From an uncultured Collinsella sp. (GTDB lineage: Bacteria; Actinomycetota; Coriobacteriia; Coriobacteriales; Coriobacteriaceae): DNA of 64,000 nt. The stretch is taken from assembly GCA_937984005.1 (NCBI GenBank), contig CALJYM010000033.1, positions 2,288 through 66,287 on the forward strand, read 5' to 3'. The notes under the pieces are model-generated. The model was not told where the DNA came from, made no database searches, and was given only the letters and a program-made list of their open reading frames with translations. Shown piece by piece: positions 1 through 8,404 of the stretch; position 1 is the first letter of the stretch; the number at the start of each line of letters is the position of its first letter. A program made the position numbers and the translations under genes.

Positions 1-3000
1 GGCAGGCTTCACGGTAAACGTGAACTGACCCTCGGTCATAGGACGTCCGGAGAGGCTCTTGCTGAGCTTGAGGCCGCCGGCCGCGGTGTAGTTAAGCTCA
101 GTGCGGTACGTGTTGGTGAAGCGTCCGTTTTCCTTCTTGGTGACATTGGCGGTCAGGTTGCCCTCGCCGTCCTCGGTCACGGTCACTTCGGCGGTTGCGA
201 CATGCGCGTCATACGTCATGCCGACCGTGCTGCCCGCGTTCTCGCGAATCTCGTACTTATAGGTTCCGGTGGCCGTGTAGCGAATCTTGCCGAACTTGAT
301 GGCGGCAATGCCGTCCTTCGCATCGTGCTTGCTCACGGTTACGGTTGCGGGATCGGGCAGCGGGGCGCCTTCGGGGGCGGTGATGGTAAAGCTGAACTTG
401 TCGGAGTCCGTCCAGTCGCGACCGTCGATGGCCTTGCTCAGGTCAAAGTCGAGGTCTGCATCGGTCGGGGTCACGCTGTAAGTGTTCTCGAAGGTCGCAG
501 GCGTGGCGCTCTTCAGCTCGTGCGTAGCGCTGAGGGTACCGTCACCGTTGTCGGTAATGGTGGTCTCGATGGTGTACTTGGCGTCACCGTAGGTGATGCC
601 CTTGCTGGTGGTTCCACCGTTGACCTCGCGCAGCGTGTAGATGTGCTTGCCGGCCTCGGTGTACTTCACGGGGCTCATCGTAATCTTGCCGTCGGCGGCG
701 TTCTTGCCGGTGGCGACGACCTCGGCGTCCTCGCCCTCGCCCTCGACCAGCTCGAAGAAGAACTCGTCGGCAGCAAGCTCGCGTCCGGTCAGAACCTTGG
801 TCGCGGTGATCTGGTCGGTGACGCTGAACTCGTCAGGATTCGGCTTGTAGCTGTTGTTGAACTTCGCCTCGTCGTCGCCCTTCAGGGCATGCTTCGCCTC
901 GAGCGTGCCGTCGCCCTTGTCGGTGATGGTGGTCTCGATGGTGTAGGTCTTGCCATCGTAGGTGATGCCGTTGCCGGCGTCGCCCTGGACCTCGCGCAGC
1001 GTGTAGGCGTGCTTGCCGGCAGCGGTGTACTCGATGGGGTTCATCGTGATCTTGCCGCGGGCATCGTTCTTGCCGGTGGCGACAACATCGTTGCCCTCAA
1101 CGAGCTCGAAGGAGAACTCGCCTTCCTTGAGGTCGCGACCGGTCAGGTACTTGGTCGCCGTGATCTGATCGGTAACACTGAAGCTCTTGGGGGTTACGGT
1201 ATAGGTGTTCTCGAAGATCGCCTTCTCGGCGTTCTGTAGCTTGTGCTCCACGCTGAGGGTGCCGTCGCCGTTGTCCTTGACGATGGTCACAATGGTGTAC
1301 TCAGCGGTGCTGTAGGTAATGCCGTTCTCGGTAGCGCCGGCCTTGGTCTCACGCAGCATGTAGGTGTGCTCGCCAGCCGCGGTGTAGGTGACGGGATCCA
1401 TTACGATCTTGCCGTCGGCATTGTTGGTGCCGGTGGAGACTACGTTGTTGCCCTCAACGAGCTCAAAGCGGAACTCGCCGGCAACGAGGCCGATCTCGCG
1501 GCCGGTCAGGACCTTGGTCGCGGTGACCTGGCCGGTGACGCTGGAGTCACTGGGGTTCGGCTTGTAGCCGTTGCTGAACTTCGCCTCGTCAGCGTCATTC
1601 AGGACATGCTTCGCCTCGAGCGTGCCGTCGCCCTTGTCGGTGATGGTGGTCTCGATGGTGTAGGTCTTGCCATCGTAGGTGATGCCGTTGCCGGCGTCGC
1701 CCTGGACCTCGCGCAGCGTGTAGGCGTGCTTGCCGGCAGCGGTGTACTCGATGGGGTTCATCGTGATCTTGCCGCGGGCATCGTTCTTGCCGGTGGCGAC
1801 GACCTTGGCGTCCTTGCCCTCGCCCTCGACGAGCTCGAAGGAGAACTCGCCCTCAGCCATGTCGCGGCCGGTCAGGACCTTGGTCGCGGTGATCTGGTCG
1901 GTGACGCTCGTCTCGACAGGCGTCACGTTATAGGTGTTGGTGAACGTAAAGGCTGCGTTGCCATCCGGGTTGCGGGACACGCTCAAATTGCCCTTGCCGT
2001 CATCGGTCACGGTGAAGGAAACCTCGCGCGACGGCTTGGCGTCGTTGGTCACGCCAGCGACCTCGCCGGACTCGGTCACGGTGTAGGTAAAGGTGTGCTC
2101 GCGCTTCTCGGGCTTCTCGCCCAGAGCCTTGTTAAGGTCGTCGAGCGTAAAGGTGATCTTGCCAAAGTCGACCTTGCCCTTGGCATCATTGGTCACGCTC
2201 GCGTTCGCGGGCATGGGTGCGCCCTCTTCACCGGTCACGGTAAAGGTGAACTTGCCGTTGATGTCGACCGGCATCAAGCCGTCGGCGACCTGCAGGTTCT
2301 TGATGCCCACAAGCGATGCCTCGACAGGCGCGGCAGTGTAGGTGTTCACAAACTCGTTGCCGGCATCGCCGTAGACAGCCGTCGCCGTCAGGGTACCATC
2401 GCCGTTGTCGACAACGGTTACACATGCGTCAATTGCCGACACGGTGGCGCTCACGCCCGCAGGCAGCTTGCCGATCTGCTCGGCAGCAATGTAGCGAATG
2501 GTCCACGTGGGCTTGTCTGAGCTATCGTCAAACGACGCCTTCTCTTCCTCGACCAGCTTGGCAAGCGACTCGGTCGTATACGTCAGCGGACCGAACTCAA
2601 CCTTGCCGCCCTTGTTGGTTGCATCCAGCAGAACCTCGTCGTGCCCCGCATAGCTCAGCGCAAACTTAAATTCGTCATCGGCCATCGGGCGCCCCGTGAG
2701 CTTCTTGGTTGCCTCAAGAGTCAGCGAGGTTTCCGTCTTGGCGCTATAGATGTTCTTGAACTCGGTCTCGCCCGAGATCTTTTCAACGTCAGCCTTAAGC
2801 CCACCCGTGGCCTTAACCGCCACGGTCACCTTGAACGTGGCAACGTTCTTGCTGTAGGTGATGCCACCGGCGTCGCCCTTGACCTCGCGGACCTCATAGG
2901 TGTACTCGCCCGGCTTGTTGTAGGTGATCTCGCCAAAGTTAATGGCCGCCTTGCCCTTGTCATCCAGGTTCGCCTTGGTCACAGTCGCGGTCGCGGGTGC

Positions 3001-5214
3001 GGGCATCGGGGCGTCATTCTCGGACGTCGCGGAGAGCTCAAACTTAAACTTGTCCGTATCCGTCCACTCGCGACCCTCGAGCACCTTGGTCAGGCCAAAG
3101 CTTGTCTTGGTATCCACCGTTGCCGGCGTCACGTTAAAGCTGATCTTGCCGTTGTTGCCCAGGTGAACGTCAACCTCCGTGGCGTCCGACTTGGCAGACG
3201 TGTTGTTCCACTTGGGATTGAGCACGTCGGCCGCGGTACCAGTAGGGTTGCCGCCCACGAGTTCCTTGGTGGTATGAAGTTCGTCAATAAAGGCTAGTCG
3301 CGCGGTTCCCTCACTAAACGACAGGTTGCCGCTCGCATCGCGCACGATTGCGCCCTCAAACTGCGCGGCATGTCCACCGGTAAACTCAATAATAGCTGTG
3401 CGGGGCTCGACCTTACTGTCTGTGCCTTTCGCCTCGAACTCATCCTTGTAGTAATAGATGCCCTCGGCAGCCAGCGAGCCCGTCGCAGGCGTTGTGCAGT
3501 TCTTATCCACATAAATGGGAGTCTGCTTCTGGAAATAGTAATAACGGTTGGTGTCGGCAGGCTCAAAGTTTGCGATCGTATCGCCCGACGCGCCAGCGTT
3601 CCACTTGTTCGCGTAGAAGTTCACGATCTTGGAACCGTTCTCCGCTGTGATCGTATTGCTCTCGATGTAGCCCTTGAGCCCCGCTACCTTCTCGGGCGCA
3701 AACAGGTTGTCGAGCGCGTCTCTCTTAACGCTCGAGGTGTAGTTCACCCGGATGGGCTCAGTATCGTCGACCGTAAGAACACCATCGGTGATCTTAAAGT
3801 GGCGCAGCGGAATCAGCGACGCAGGAATCTTGACTGTTACGATATCGCCGGCCTGAGGCTTGCCCTCTTCGGTATGCTGAACGGTGATGACCAGGTTCGC
3901 AGCGGCACCCGTAAATTTGTAGGTGTCGACATTGCCTTCGGTCTTCTTTGTCGGCTTGTCAAACGTCGTGCCGTTATACACGACAGACGTAAAGTTGTCG
4001 ACCTGCATAAAGTCGCCCAGCTCGTCAGTAAACGTAATGTAGCCAGACTTATGCTCGCCATAACCGCCGTGAACTTCGGTCGGGTAACCAGCTTGGACAA
4101 TGCTTCCCGAGATCTCTTCGAAGATTTTCTCGAGCTCAGAGGCGCTGGTTGCCGACTTGTAGTAATTGGCGTTTTCTGCGCGCGTACCAAAGTTGATGGT
4201 CCATTCGCCCCAGGAAGAAATGCTGGATGAGGCGGCAGGATAGTTGCTCGACACGGCATGCATGAACTTATTCTCTTTGCTTGTGTCTTCAGCCGTGGGG
4301 ACGGCACTGGGGTTTACGCCGCTAAAGATACCGATCGTATAAATGTCGGCACCTTTATCCTTGAGGTCCTTGGCGCTTTTGATGGCGCTATTGGCAACCT
4401 TTTTCTCGAACCCACTAGAACTCGTAGGTGAACCATCAGTGAAGAAGACAACGATCTTCTTGGCGTCGGCGCGACCAGACGAAAATACCTCATCAGCCAG
4501 CTGCAAGCCATAGTCGGCGCGTGTAGAACCGGCGGGGTTAATTGCGTTGATTGTTTTCTTAAGATCAGTTGCGCCGGGTTCAGTCGCGCTGGCTTCAGAA
4601 CAATTGGTCAAGCCCATCATGGTCTGTGAGTAGTTGTAGGTGTACCCATCATCACGATAAAAGTCATTTCCGACCGTGGTGGACTTATTGCCCGAGAACT
4701 TAACGACGGCAACCTGATGCTGCTTGGACTCGTCCGAAATCTTTGCATTTTCCTTGGCGATGGTGTCAATAAAGCTATTGGCAGCCGTCTTCAGCGCATC
4801 GATACGCTTGATGGGGCCTCCGTCGCCCATAGGATCACTCATCGAACCAGAGGCATCCAACACCAGCACGATGTCGAGCGGCTTGCCGGAGACCGTCGTA
4901 TCGGATGTCGAAGAGATAGCAGACAGCGTGGTCAGGAAATCAGAATCCCCGTTCTCGACTGCCCTGACCGTCTTGTCGGTCCAGATTCGGCCGACGTTTT
5001 GAGTTGTTATTTCCTTTCCGTTATAGCCGCCGGCCCAGAACTTCCAGTGGTTGCTGGTGTCGTAGTCGACGACCGTTTTTCCGGTCATGGCCGGTCCGTC
5101 CATTCCGGTGCTGGACCTGGCGTTGGCCTCGGGCAGCATGGCAAATGCTGCAGCCGGCAACACCAGCACTACGGCCAGTATCACCGCCAAGAGACCCCTC
5201 GTGTACTTACTCAT
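1..5214 (-). CDS. Partial secreted surface adhesin / pilus-tip-like protein (C-terminus lies before window start): signal peptide, vWA domain with MIDAS motif, then at least 9 tandem ~118-aa pilin-isopeptide-type (Spy0128/SpaA-like) domains
   Basis: Uninterrupted minus-strand frame from ATG at 5212-5214 (MSKYTRGLLAVILAVVLVLPAAAFA...) down to position 1; it is absent from the ORF track only because its stop is off-window. The MIDAS motif LDIVLVLDASGSMS is encoded near 4842-4880. The recurring motif is GKITMNPIEYTAAGKHAYTLREVQGDAGNGITYDGKTYTIETTITDKGDGTLEA. Plus-strand ORFs 202-1239, 1243-2520, 2641-3297 and 3370-4230 are antisense shadows of this gene. Confidence 0.8.
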   Translation of the reverse strand, partial: MSKYTRGLLAVILAVVLVLPAAAFAMLPEANARSSTGMDGPAMTGKTVVDYDTSNHWKFWAGGYNGKEITTQNVGRIWTDKTVRAVENGDSDFLTTLSAISSTSDTTVSGKPLDIVLVLDASGSMSDPMGDGGPIKRIDALKTAANSFIDTIAKENAKISDESKQHQVAVVKFSGNKSTTVGNDFYRDDGYTYNYSQTMMGLTNCSEASATEPGATDLKKTINAINPAGSTRADYGLQLADEVFSSGRADAKKIVVFFTDGSPTSSSGFEKKVANSAIKSAKDLKDKGADIYTIGIFSGVNPSAVPTAEDTSKENKFMHAVSSNYPAASSSISSWGEWTINFGTRAENANYYKSATSASELEKIFEEISGSIVQAGYPTEVHGGYGEHKSGYITFTDELGDFMQVDNFTSVVYNGTTFDKPTKKTEGNVDTYKFTGAAANLVITVQHTEEGKPQAGDIVTVKIPASLIPLRHFKITDGVLTVDDTEPIRVNYTSSVKRDALDNLFAPEKVAGLKGYIESNTITAENGSKIVNFYANKWNAGASGDTIANFEPADTNRYYYFQKQTPIYVDKNCTTPATGSLAAEGIYYYKDEFEAKGTDSKVEPRTAIIEFTGGHAAQFEGAIVRDASGNLSFSEGTARLAFIDELHTTKELVGGNPTGTAADVLNPKWNNTSAKSDATEVDVHLGNNGKISFNVTPATVDTKTSFGLTKVLEGREWTDTDKFKFELSATSENDAPMPAPATATVTKANLDDKGKAAINFGEITYNKPGEYTYEVREVKGDAGGITYSKNVATFKVTVAVKATGGLKADVEKISGETEFKNIYSAKTETSLTLEATKKLTGRPMADDEFKFALSYAGHDEVLLDATNKGGKVEFGPLTYTTESLAKLVEEEKASFDDSSDKPTWTIRYIAAEQIGKLPAGVSATVSAIDACVTVVDNGDGTLTATAVYGDAGNEFVNTYTAAPVEASLVGIKNLQVADGLMPVDINGKFTFTVTGEEGAPMPANASVTNDAKGKVDFGKITFTLDDLNKALGEKPEKREHTFTYTVTESGEVAGVTNDAKPSREVSFTVTDDGKGNLSVSRNPDGNAAFTFTNTYNVTPVETSVTDQITATKVLTGRDMAEGEFSFELVEGEGKDAKVVATGKNDARGKITMNPIEYTAAGKHAYTLREVQGDAGNGITYDGKTYTIETTITDKGDGTLEAKHVLNDADEAKFSNGYKPNPSDSSVTGQVTATKVLTGREIGLVAGEFRFELVEGNNVVSTGTNNADGKIVMDPVTYTAAGEHTYMLRETKAGATENGITYSTAEYTIVTIVKDNGDGTLSVEHKLQNAEKAIFENTYTVTPKSFSVTDQITATKYLTGRDLKEGEFSFELVEGNDVVATGKNDARGKITMNPIEYTAAGKHAYTLREVQGDAGNGITYDGKTYTIETTITDKGDGTLEAKHALKGDDEAKFNNSYKPNPDEFSVTDQITATKVLTGRELAADEFFFELVEGEGEDAEVVATGKNAADGKITMSPVKYTEAGKHIYTLREVNGGTTSKGITYGDAKYTIETTITDNGDGTLSATHELKSATPATFENTYSVTPTDADLDFDLSKAIDGRDWTDSDKFSFTITAPEGAPLPDPATVTVSKHDAKDGIAAIKFGKIRYTATGTYKYEIRENAGSTVGMTYDAHVATAEVTVTEDGEGNLTANVTKKENGRFTNTYRTELNYTAAGGLKLSKSLSGRPMTEGQFTFTVKPA

Positions 5215-5262
5215 CGCGTCTCCCTTCTCGCGGTCTCAGACCTTGCAACAGCCTAAAGTTAC

Positions 5263-5351
5263 GAAATGAGACACAATTTGGGCAGGTGACACATGTTCCA
5301 GATTCTGTTTTGGGCGTGAGACAAATGTCTCACCAAAGTTGAGACACGGCG
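5263..5351. promoter_or_regulatory. Cluster of three TGAGACA boxes including a perfect 18-bp palindrome GTGAGACAAATGTCTCAC (5316-5333), upstream of the adhesin gene; candidate operator
   Basis: Boxes seen directly at aaaTGAGACAcaa (~5267), GTGAGACAaaTGTCTCAC (5316-5333) and gtTGAGACAcgg (~5342), lying 50-140 bp upstream of the start codon at 5214. Confidence 0.45.
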
Positions 5352-5457
5352 TTTTCGCAGGAAAACAGGTGCGACTCGGAGCCATCAGGCAAAAATGATC
5401 CGTTTTCCTCCGTCCATGGGAGATCAAGGGCTGTCACCGGTATGGTGGCATTTCAAA

Positions 5458-5602
5458 AGTATGCCGGATTACGGGGCTAATGTCGGGACCCTCATCCATA
5501 CCCTCATTTTTTGAAAACGGCAGACTATCTACCTGCGGTTTTGTTTTTGGGATTTTCTGTATGGTCGGAGGTTCGCTATCCAGCCCCGTAATCCGGCATA
5601 GT
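5458..5602. repeat. MITE-like element or long hairpin: 17-19 bp terminal inverted repeats AGTATGCCGGATTACGGGG / CCCCGTAATCCGGCATAGT enclosing a ~110-bp AT-richer core
   Basis: Arms at 5458-5476 and 5584-5602 are reverse complements (17/19). The interior (tcattttttgaaaacggcagactatc...) has clearly lower GC than the flanks. Confidence 0.4.
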
Positions 5603-5637
5603 TTTGTTCGCGACGGCACAACCGCGCGTTTAAGCGC

Positions 5638-5671
5638 GGGGCCGGTGGGGCATTTTTGCCCCACCGGCCCC
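5638..5671. terminator. Strong GC hairpin (GGGGCCGGTGGGGCA-TTTT-TGCCCCACCGGCCCC) immediately downstream of the ech operon; likely terminator
   Basis: Perfect 15-bp stem with a 4-nt loop located 10 bp past the stop of the 5682..6023 gene; there is no clear U-tract (I-shaped). Confidence 0.55.
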
Positions 5672-5681
5672 TATTCCAGCG

Positions 5682-6023
5682 CTATTCCGGCTTGGTTTCT
5701 ACTGTGGGAGTCTTGTCCGCTGCGACTGGGGTGCGGGCGGTGTCCATAGTCAGGCAGTGCTTGGGGCAGCTCTCGATGCACTCACCGCACACCACGCAGG
5801 CATACGGGTCGATCGACCACGTTCCACCCTTGCGATCGACCGCAAGCGCGCCCGCCGGGCAGCGGCGCGCGCACATGCCGCAGCAGATGCACACGTCCAT
5901 GTCGTTGACGATATGCCCGCGCAGGCGCTCGGGAGCCGTCAGCTTCTCCTGCGGATAGCACACCGTGACCGGCTGCTTGACCATAGAGCCCAAGGCTGTC
6001 TTGGCAAATGTCAGCAAACTCAT
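5682..6023 (-). CDS. echF: 2x[4Fe-4S] ferredoxin-type subunit of an energy-converting hydrogenase (EchF/HycF/NuoI-like)
   Basis: 113 aa with two CxxCxxCxxxCP motifs (CICCGMCARRCP, CVVCGECIESCP); it is the last gene of the hydrogenase operon. Confidence 0.75.
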   Translation of the reverse strand: MSLLTFAKTALGSMVKQPVTVCYPQEKLTAPERLRGHIVNDMDVCICCGMCARRCPAGALAVDRKGGTWSIDPYACVVCGECIESCPKHCLTMDTARTPVAADKTPTVETKPE

Positions 6024-6030
6024 GCCGCGC

Positions 6031-7119
6031 CTACCTTTCCGTGCAGCTAATGCAGGGGTCGATGGTCAGGATAATCATGGGCACGTTGGCAAGGAGCACG
6101 CCCTGCAGTGCATGCGTCAGACCCGCCAGGTTCTGCGACGTCGGCGTGCGCACGCGAAAACGGTCCAGGTTCTTGGTGCCGTTGCCGCGCACATAGTAAT
6201 ACGCCTCGCCGCGCGGCTGCTCAATCACAACCTCGCCGCGCGCGCCGTCGGCCGGCGTGAGCTTGGTGCGCCCGCCGATTCCGTCGTGCGGTATCTTGCC
6301 CACAAGCTCCTTAATGATGTCCATGGCCTGCGTGACCTCGGCGCAACGCACCCGGCAGCGGGCATAGCAGTCGCCATCGCTAGCAACGATAGGCTCAAAC
6401 GCGGCCAGGTCCGCATAGGCGCCGTCGCCAAACATGCGCACGTCGTAATCCACGCCCGAGGCGCGCCCGAACGGACCGACCATCGAAAGCTCCAGCGCGT
6501 CTTTCTTGCTGATCACGCCCACGCCATGCAGGCGCTCGCCGCAGCTGTTGTCGTCCAAAAACGTATGCACCAGGGCCTCGTAGTCGGGACGTATGGCATC
6601 GAGCGTCTGGACAATGCCCGCCAGCTCGGAGTCCTCGATATCGTGCTTAAGGCCGCCGATCTCGTTAATCGACAGAATCACGCGCCCGCCGCAAGTGCTC
6701 TCAAAAATCTTGAGTATCTGCTCGCGCAGGGTCCACGACCGATAGAACAACGCCTCAAAACCAAAGGCATCGGCGAGCAGGCCCAGCCACAGCAGATGCG
6801 AGTGGATGCGCGAAAGCTCGTGCAAAATGGTGCGGATATACTGCACGCGGCCGGGTACCTCGATGTCGAGCATGCGCTCGCAGGCGCTGGCATAGCCGCA
6901 GCTGTGGCCCACGGCGCAGATGCCGCAGATGCGCTCGGCGATGTAGCCAAACTGGTGCATGTCGCGCTTTTCGGTGAGCTTCTCGAGTCCGCGGTGCACA
7001 AAGCCGATCTGCGGAATTGCCTCGAGAACGCGGTCGTCCTCGATCACCAGGTCCAGATGAAGCGGCTCGGGCAGCACCGGGTGCTGCGGGCCAAACGGAA
7101 TGACGGAGCGATGTGCCAT
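6031..7119 (-). CDS. echE: [NiFe] hydrogenase large subunit, group 4 (EchE/HycE/MbhL-like)
   Basis: N-terminal RICGICAVGH motif and C-terminal DPCISCTER motif, which are the Ni-Fe ligand motifs; 362 aa. Confidence 0.85.
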   Translation of the reverse strand: MAHRSVIPFGPQHPVLPEPLHLDLVIEDDRVLEAIPQIGFVHRGLEKLTEKRDMHQFGYIAERICGICAVGHSCGYASACERMLDIEVPGRVQYIRTILHELSRIHSHLLWLGLLADAFGFEALFYRSWTLREQILKIFESTCGGRVILSINEIGGLKHDIEDSELAGIVQTLDAIRPDYEALVHTFLDDNSCGERLHGVGVISKKDALELSMVGPFGRASGVDYDVRMFGDGAYADLAAFEPIVASDGDCYARCRVRCAEVTQAMDIIKELVGKIPHDGIGGRTKLTPADGARGEVVIEQPRGEAYYYVRGNGTKNLDRFRVRTPTSQNLAGLTHALQGVLLANVPMIILTIDPCISCTER

Positions 7120-7124
7120 GGGCC

Positions 7125-7838
7125 TTACGCCTCCTTTTTCTGCTTGTCGCGGGCGGCCTTGGCGGCAAGCGCCGCGCGGACCTTGGCTGCTTTCTCGGGA
7201 TCCATGGCAGCGAGCCTTGCCTCCATCTCGGCAGCCTTGAGCGCGGCCTTCGCAGCAGCCTCATCGTGCTGAGCATCGGAGCCGGCAGCCGCAGCGGGCT
7301 GAGCAGCGGCGCCCGCGGCATCGCCGGCGCCCGCAGCGCCCTCCCCTGCAGCAGCCGCAGCGGCGGCCTTTTCGGCCGCGGCCTTGCGCGCCTTGGCCTC
7401 GGCAGCGGCACGGACCTTCATGGCTTTCTCGCGCGCGGCCTTCACCTCGGGCGTGATAACGCTCATGGGCTCGGCAGTCGAAACCTGGTAGAAAAAGCCC
7501 TTAAAGTCGACCTGCATGTCGGTGATGGCAAGGCCAAACAGGTCGTGGTCCTCATTTTCAAACGGGAACACCGCGGGGTAATACGAGCTGATGGACGGAA
7601 CCTCCTGGTACTGGTCGATGCCCTCAACCACCAGGTTCTCAATCGCATAGCTGCCGTCCTGCGCAATATGCTCCTGAGCAGCACGAACGTTGATAAACGT
7701 ATAGACCAAGCGATACGAGCCGTCGTCGACGTTGCGTTCAGCGTGCATTTGCACAAAGCGCGCGCCGACGCCCTTAAGCGCCTGGACATGCGACAGGAGC
7801 CCTTCGATCCCGACGGTGGTATAAATAGCCTTTTGCAT
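7125..7838 (-). CDS. echD: Hydrogenase NuoC-like subunit (EchD) carrying a ~100-aa Ala/Lys/Glu-rich low-complexity C-terminal tail
   Basis: The N-terminal ~130 aa resemble the 30-kDa NuoC/HycE N-terminal module. The tail is AAREKAMKVRAAAEAKARKAAAEKAAAAAAAGEGAAG... Position in the operon supports the call. Confidence 0.65.
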   Translation of the reverse strand: MQKAIYTTVGIEGLLSHVQALKGVGARFVQMHAERNVDDGSYRLVYTFINVRAAQEHIAQDGSYAIENLVVEGIDQYQEVPSISSYYPAVFPFENEDHDLFGLAITDMQVDFKGFFYQVSTAEPMSVITPEVKAAREKAMKVRAAAEAKARKAAAEKAAAAAAAGEGAAGAGDAAGAAAQPAAAAGSDAQHDEAAAKAALKAAEMEARLAAMDPEKAAKVRAALAAKAARDKQKKEA

Positions 7839-8392
7839 TACTCGGCCTCCTTTGCAGCGGCGGTCGTGTCGCCGGCCTCCGCAGCAGCCACAAACCCGTC
7901 CTCGCCCAGCTCAACGCCACCGTCCCAGGTTGCGGCGCCGCCCACGGTAAGCGGGTCACCACCAGCGCGCATCACGGCCTCCTTCTGGTCCAGGATGCCG
8001 CACGCCTCCACGATGGCATCGATCACGGTCTCGGGGCGAATGGCGCATCCGGGCGCGTACACGTCCACGGGAATCGCGCGGTCCACGCCGCCGATCACGT
8101 TATAGGCATCGCGGAATACGCCGCCCGAACACGCGCAGATACCGCAGGCCACCACGCACTTGGGCTCGAGCATCTGGTTGTAGATCTGGCGCACGACGGG
8201 CAGGTTCTGGGCATTGACCGAGCCTGTCACCAAAAAGATATCCGCATGCTTGGGGTTGCCGGTGTTGACCACGCCAAAGCGCTCCGCATCAAACAGTGGG
8301 GTAAGCGAGGCCAGCACCTCGATATCGCATCCGTTGCAGCTCGAGCCGTCATAATGAATAACCCACGGCGAGCGCGACATTTTATGATCCAT
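7838..8392 (-). CDS. echC: [NiFe] hydrogenase small subunit (NuoB-like; EchC/HycG)
   Basis: Motifs SSCNGCDIEV and APGCAIRPE with conserved Cys spacing of the NuoB family. An acidic Gly/Ala-rich C-terminal tail is present. Its start overlaps the echD stop. Confidence 0.8.
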   Translation of the reverse strand: MDHKMSRSPWVIHYDGSSCNGCDIEVLASLTPLFDAERFGVVNTGNPKHADIFLVTGSVNAQNLPVVRQIYNQMLEPKCVVACGICACSGGVFRDAYNVIGGVDRAIPVDVYAPGCAIRPETVIDAIVEACGILDQKEAVMRAGGDPLTVGGAATWDGGVELGEDGFVAAAEAGDTTAAAKEAE

Positions 8393-8404
8393 GGATGCCG
8401 CCTC

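Noticed and set aside
202-4230. Plus-strand ORFs 202-1239, 1243-2520, 2641-3297 and 3370-4230 (Gly/Leu/Val/Asp-rich translations)
   Set aside because: They are antisense shadows of the long minus-strand adhesin gene. They are repetitive and low-complexity, with no RBS or domain signal. The minus frame is open through the whole region and encodes recognisable vWA and isopeptide domains.
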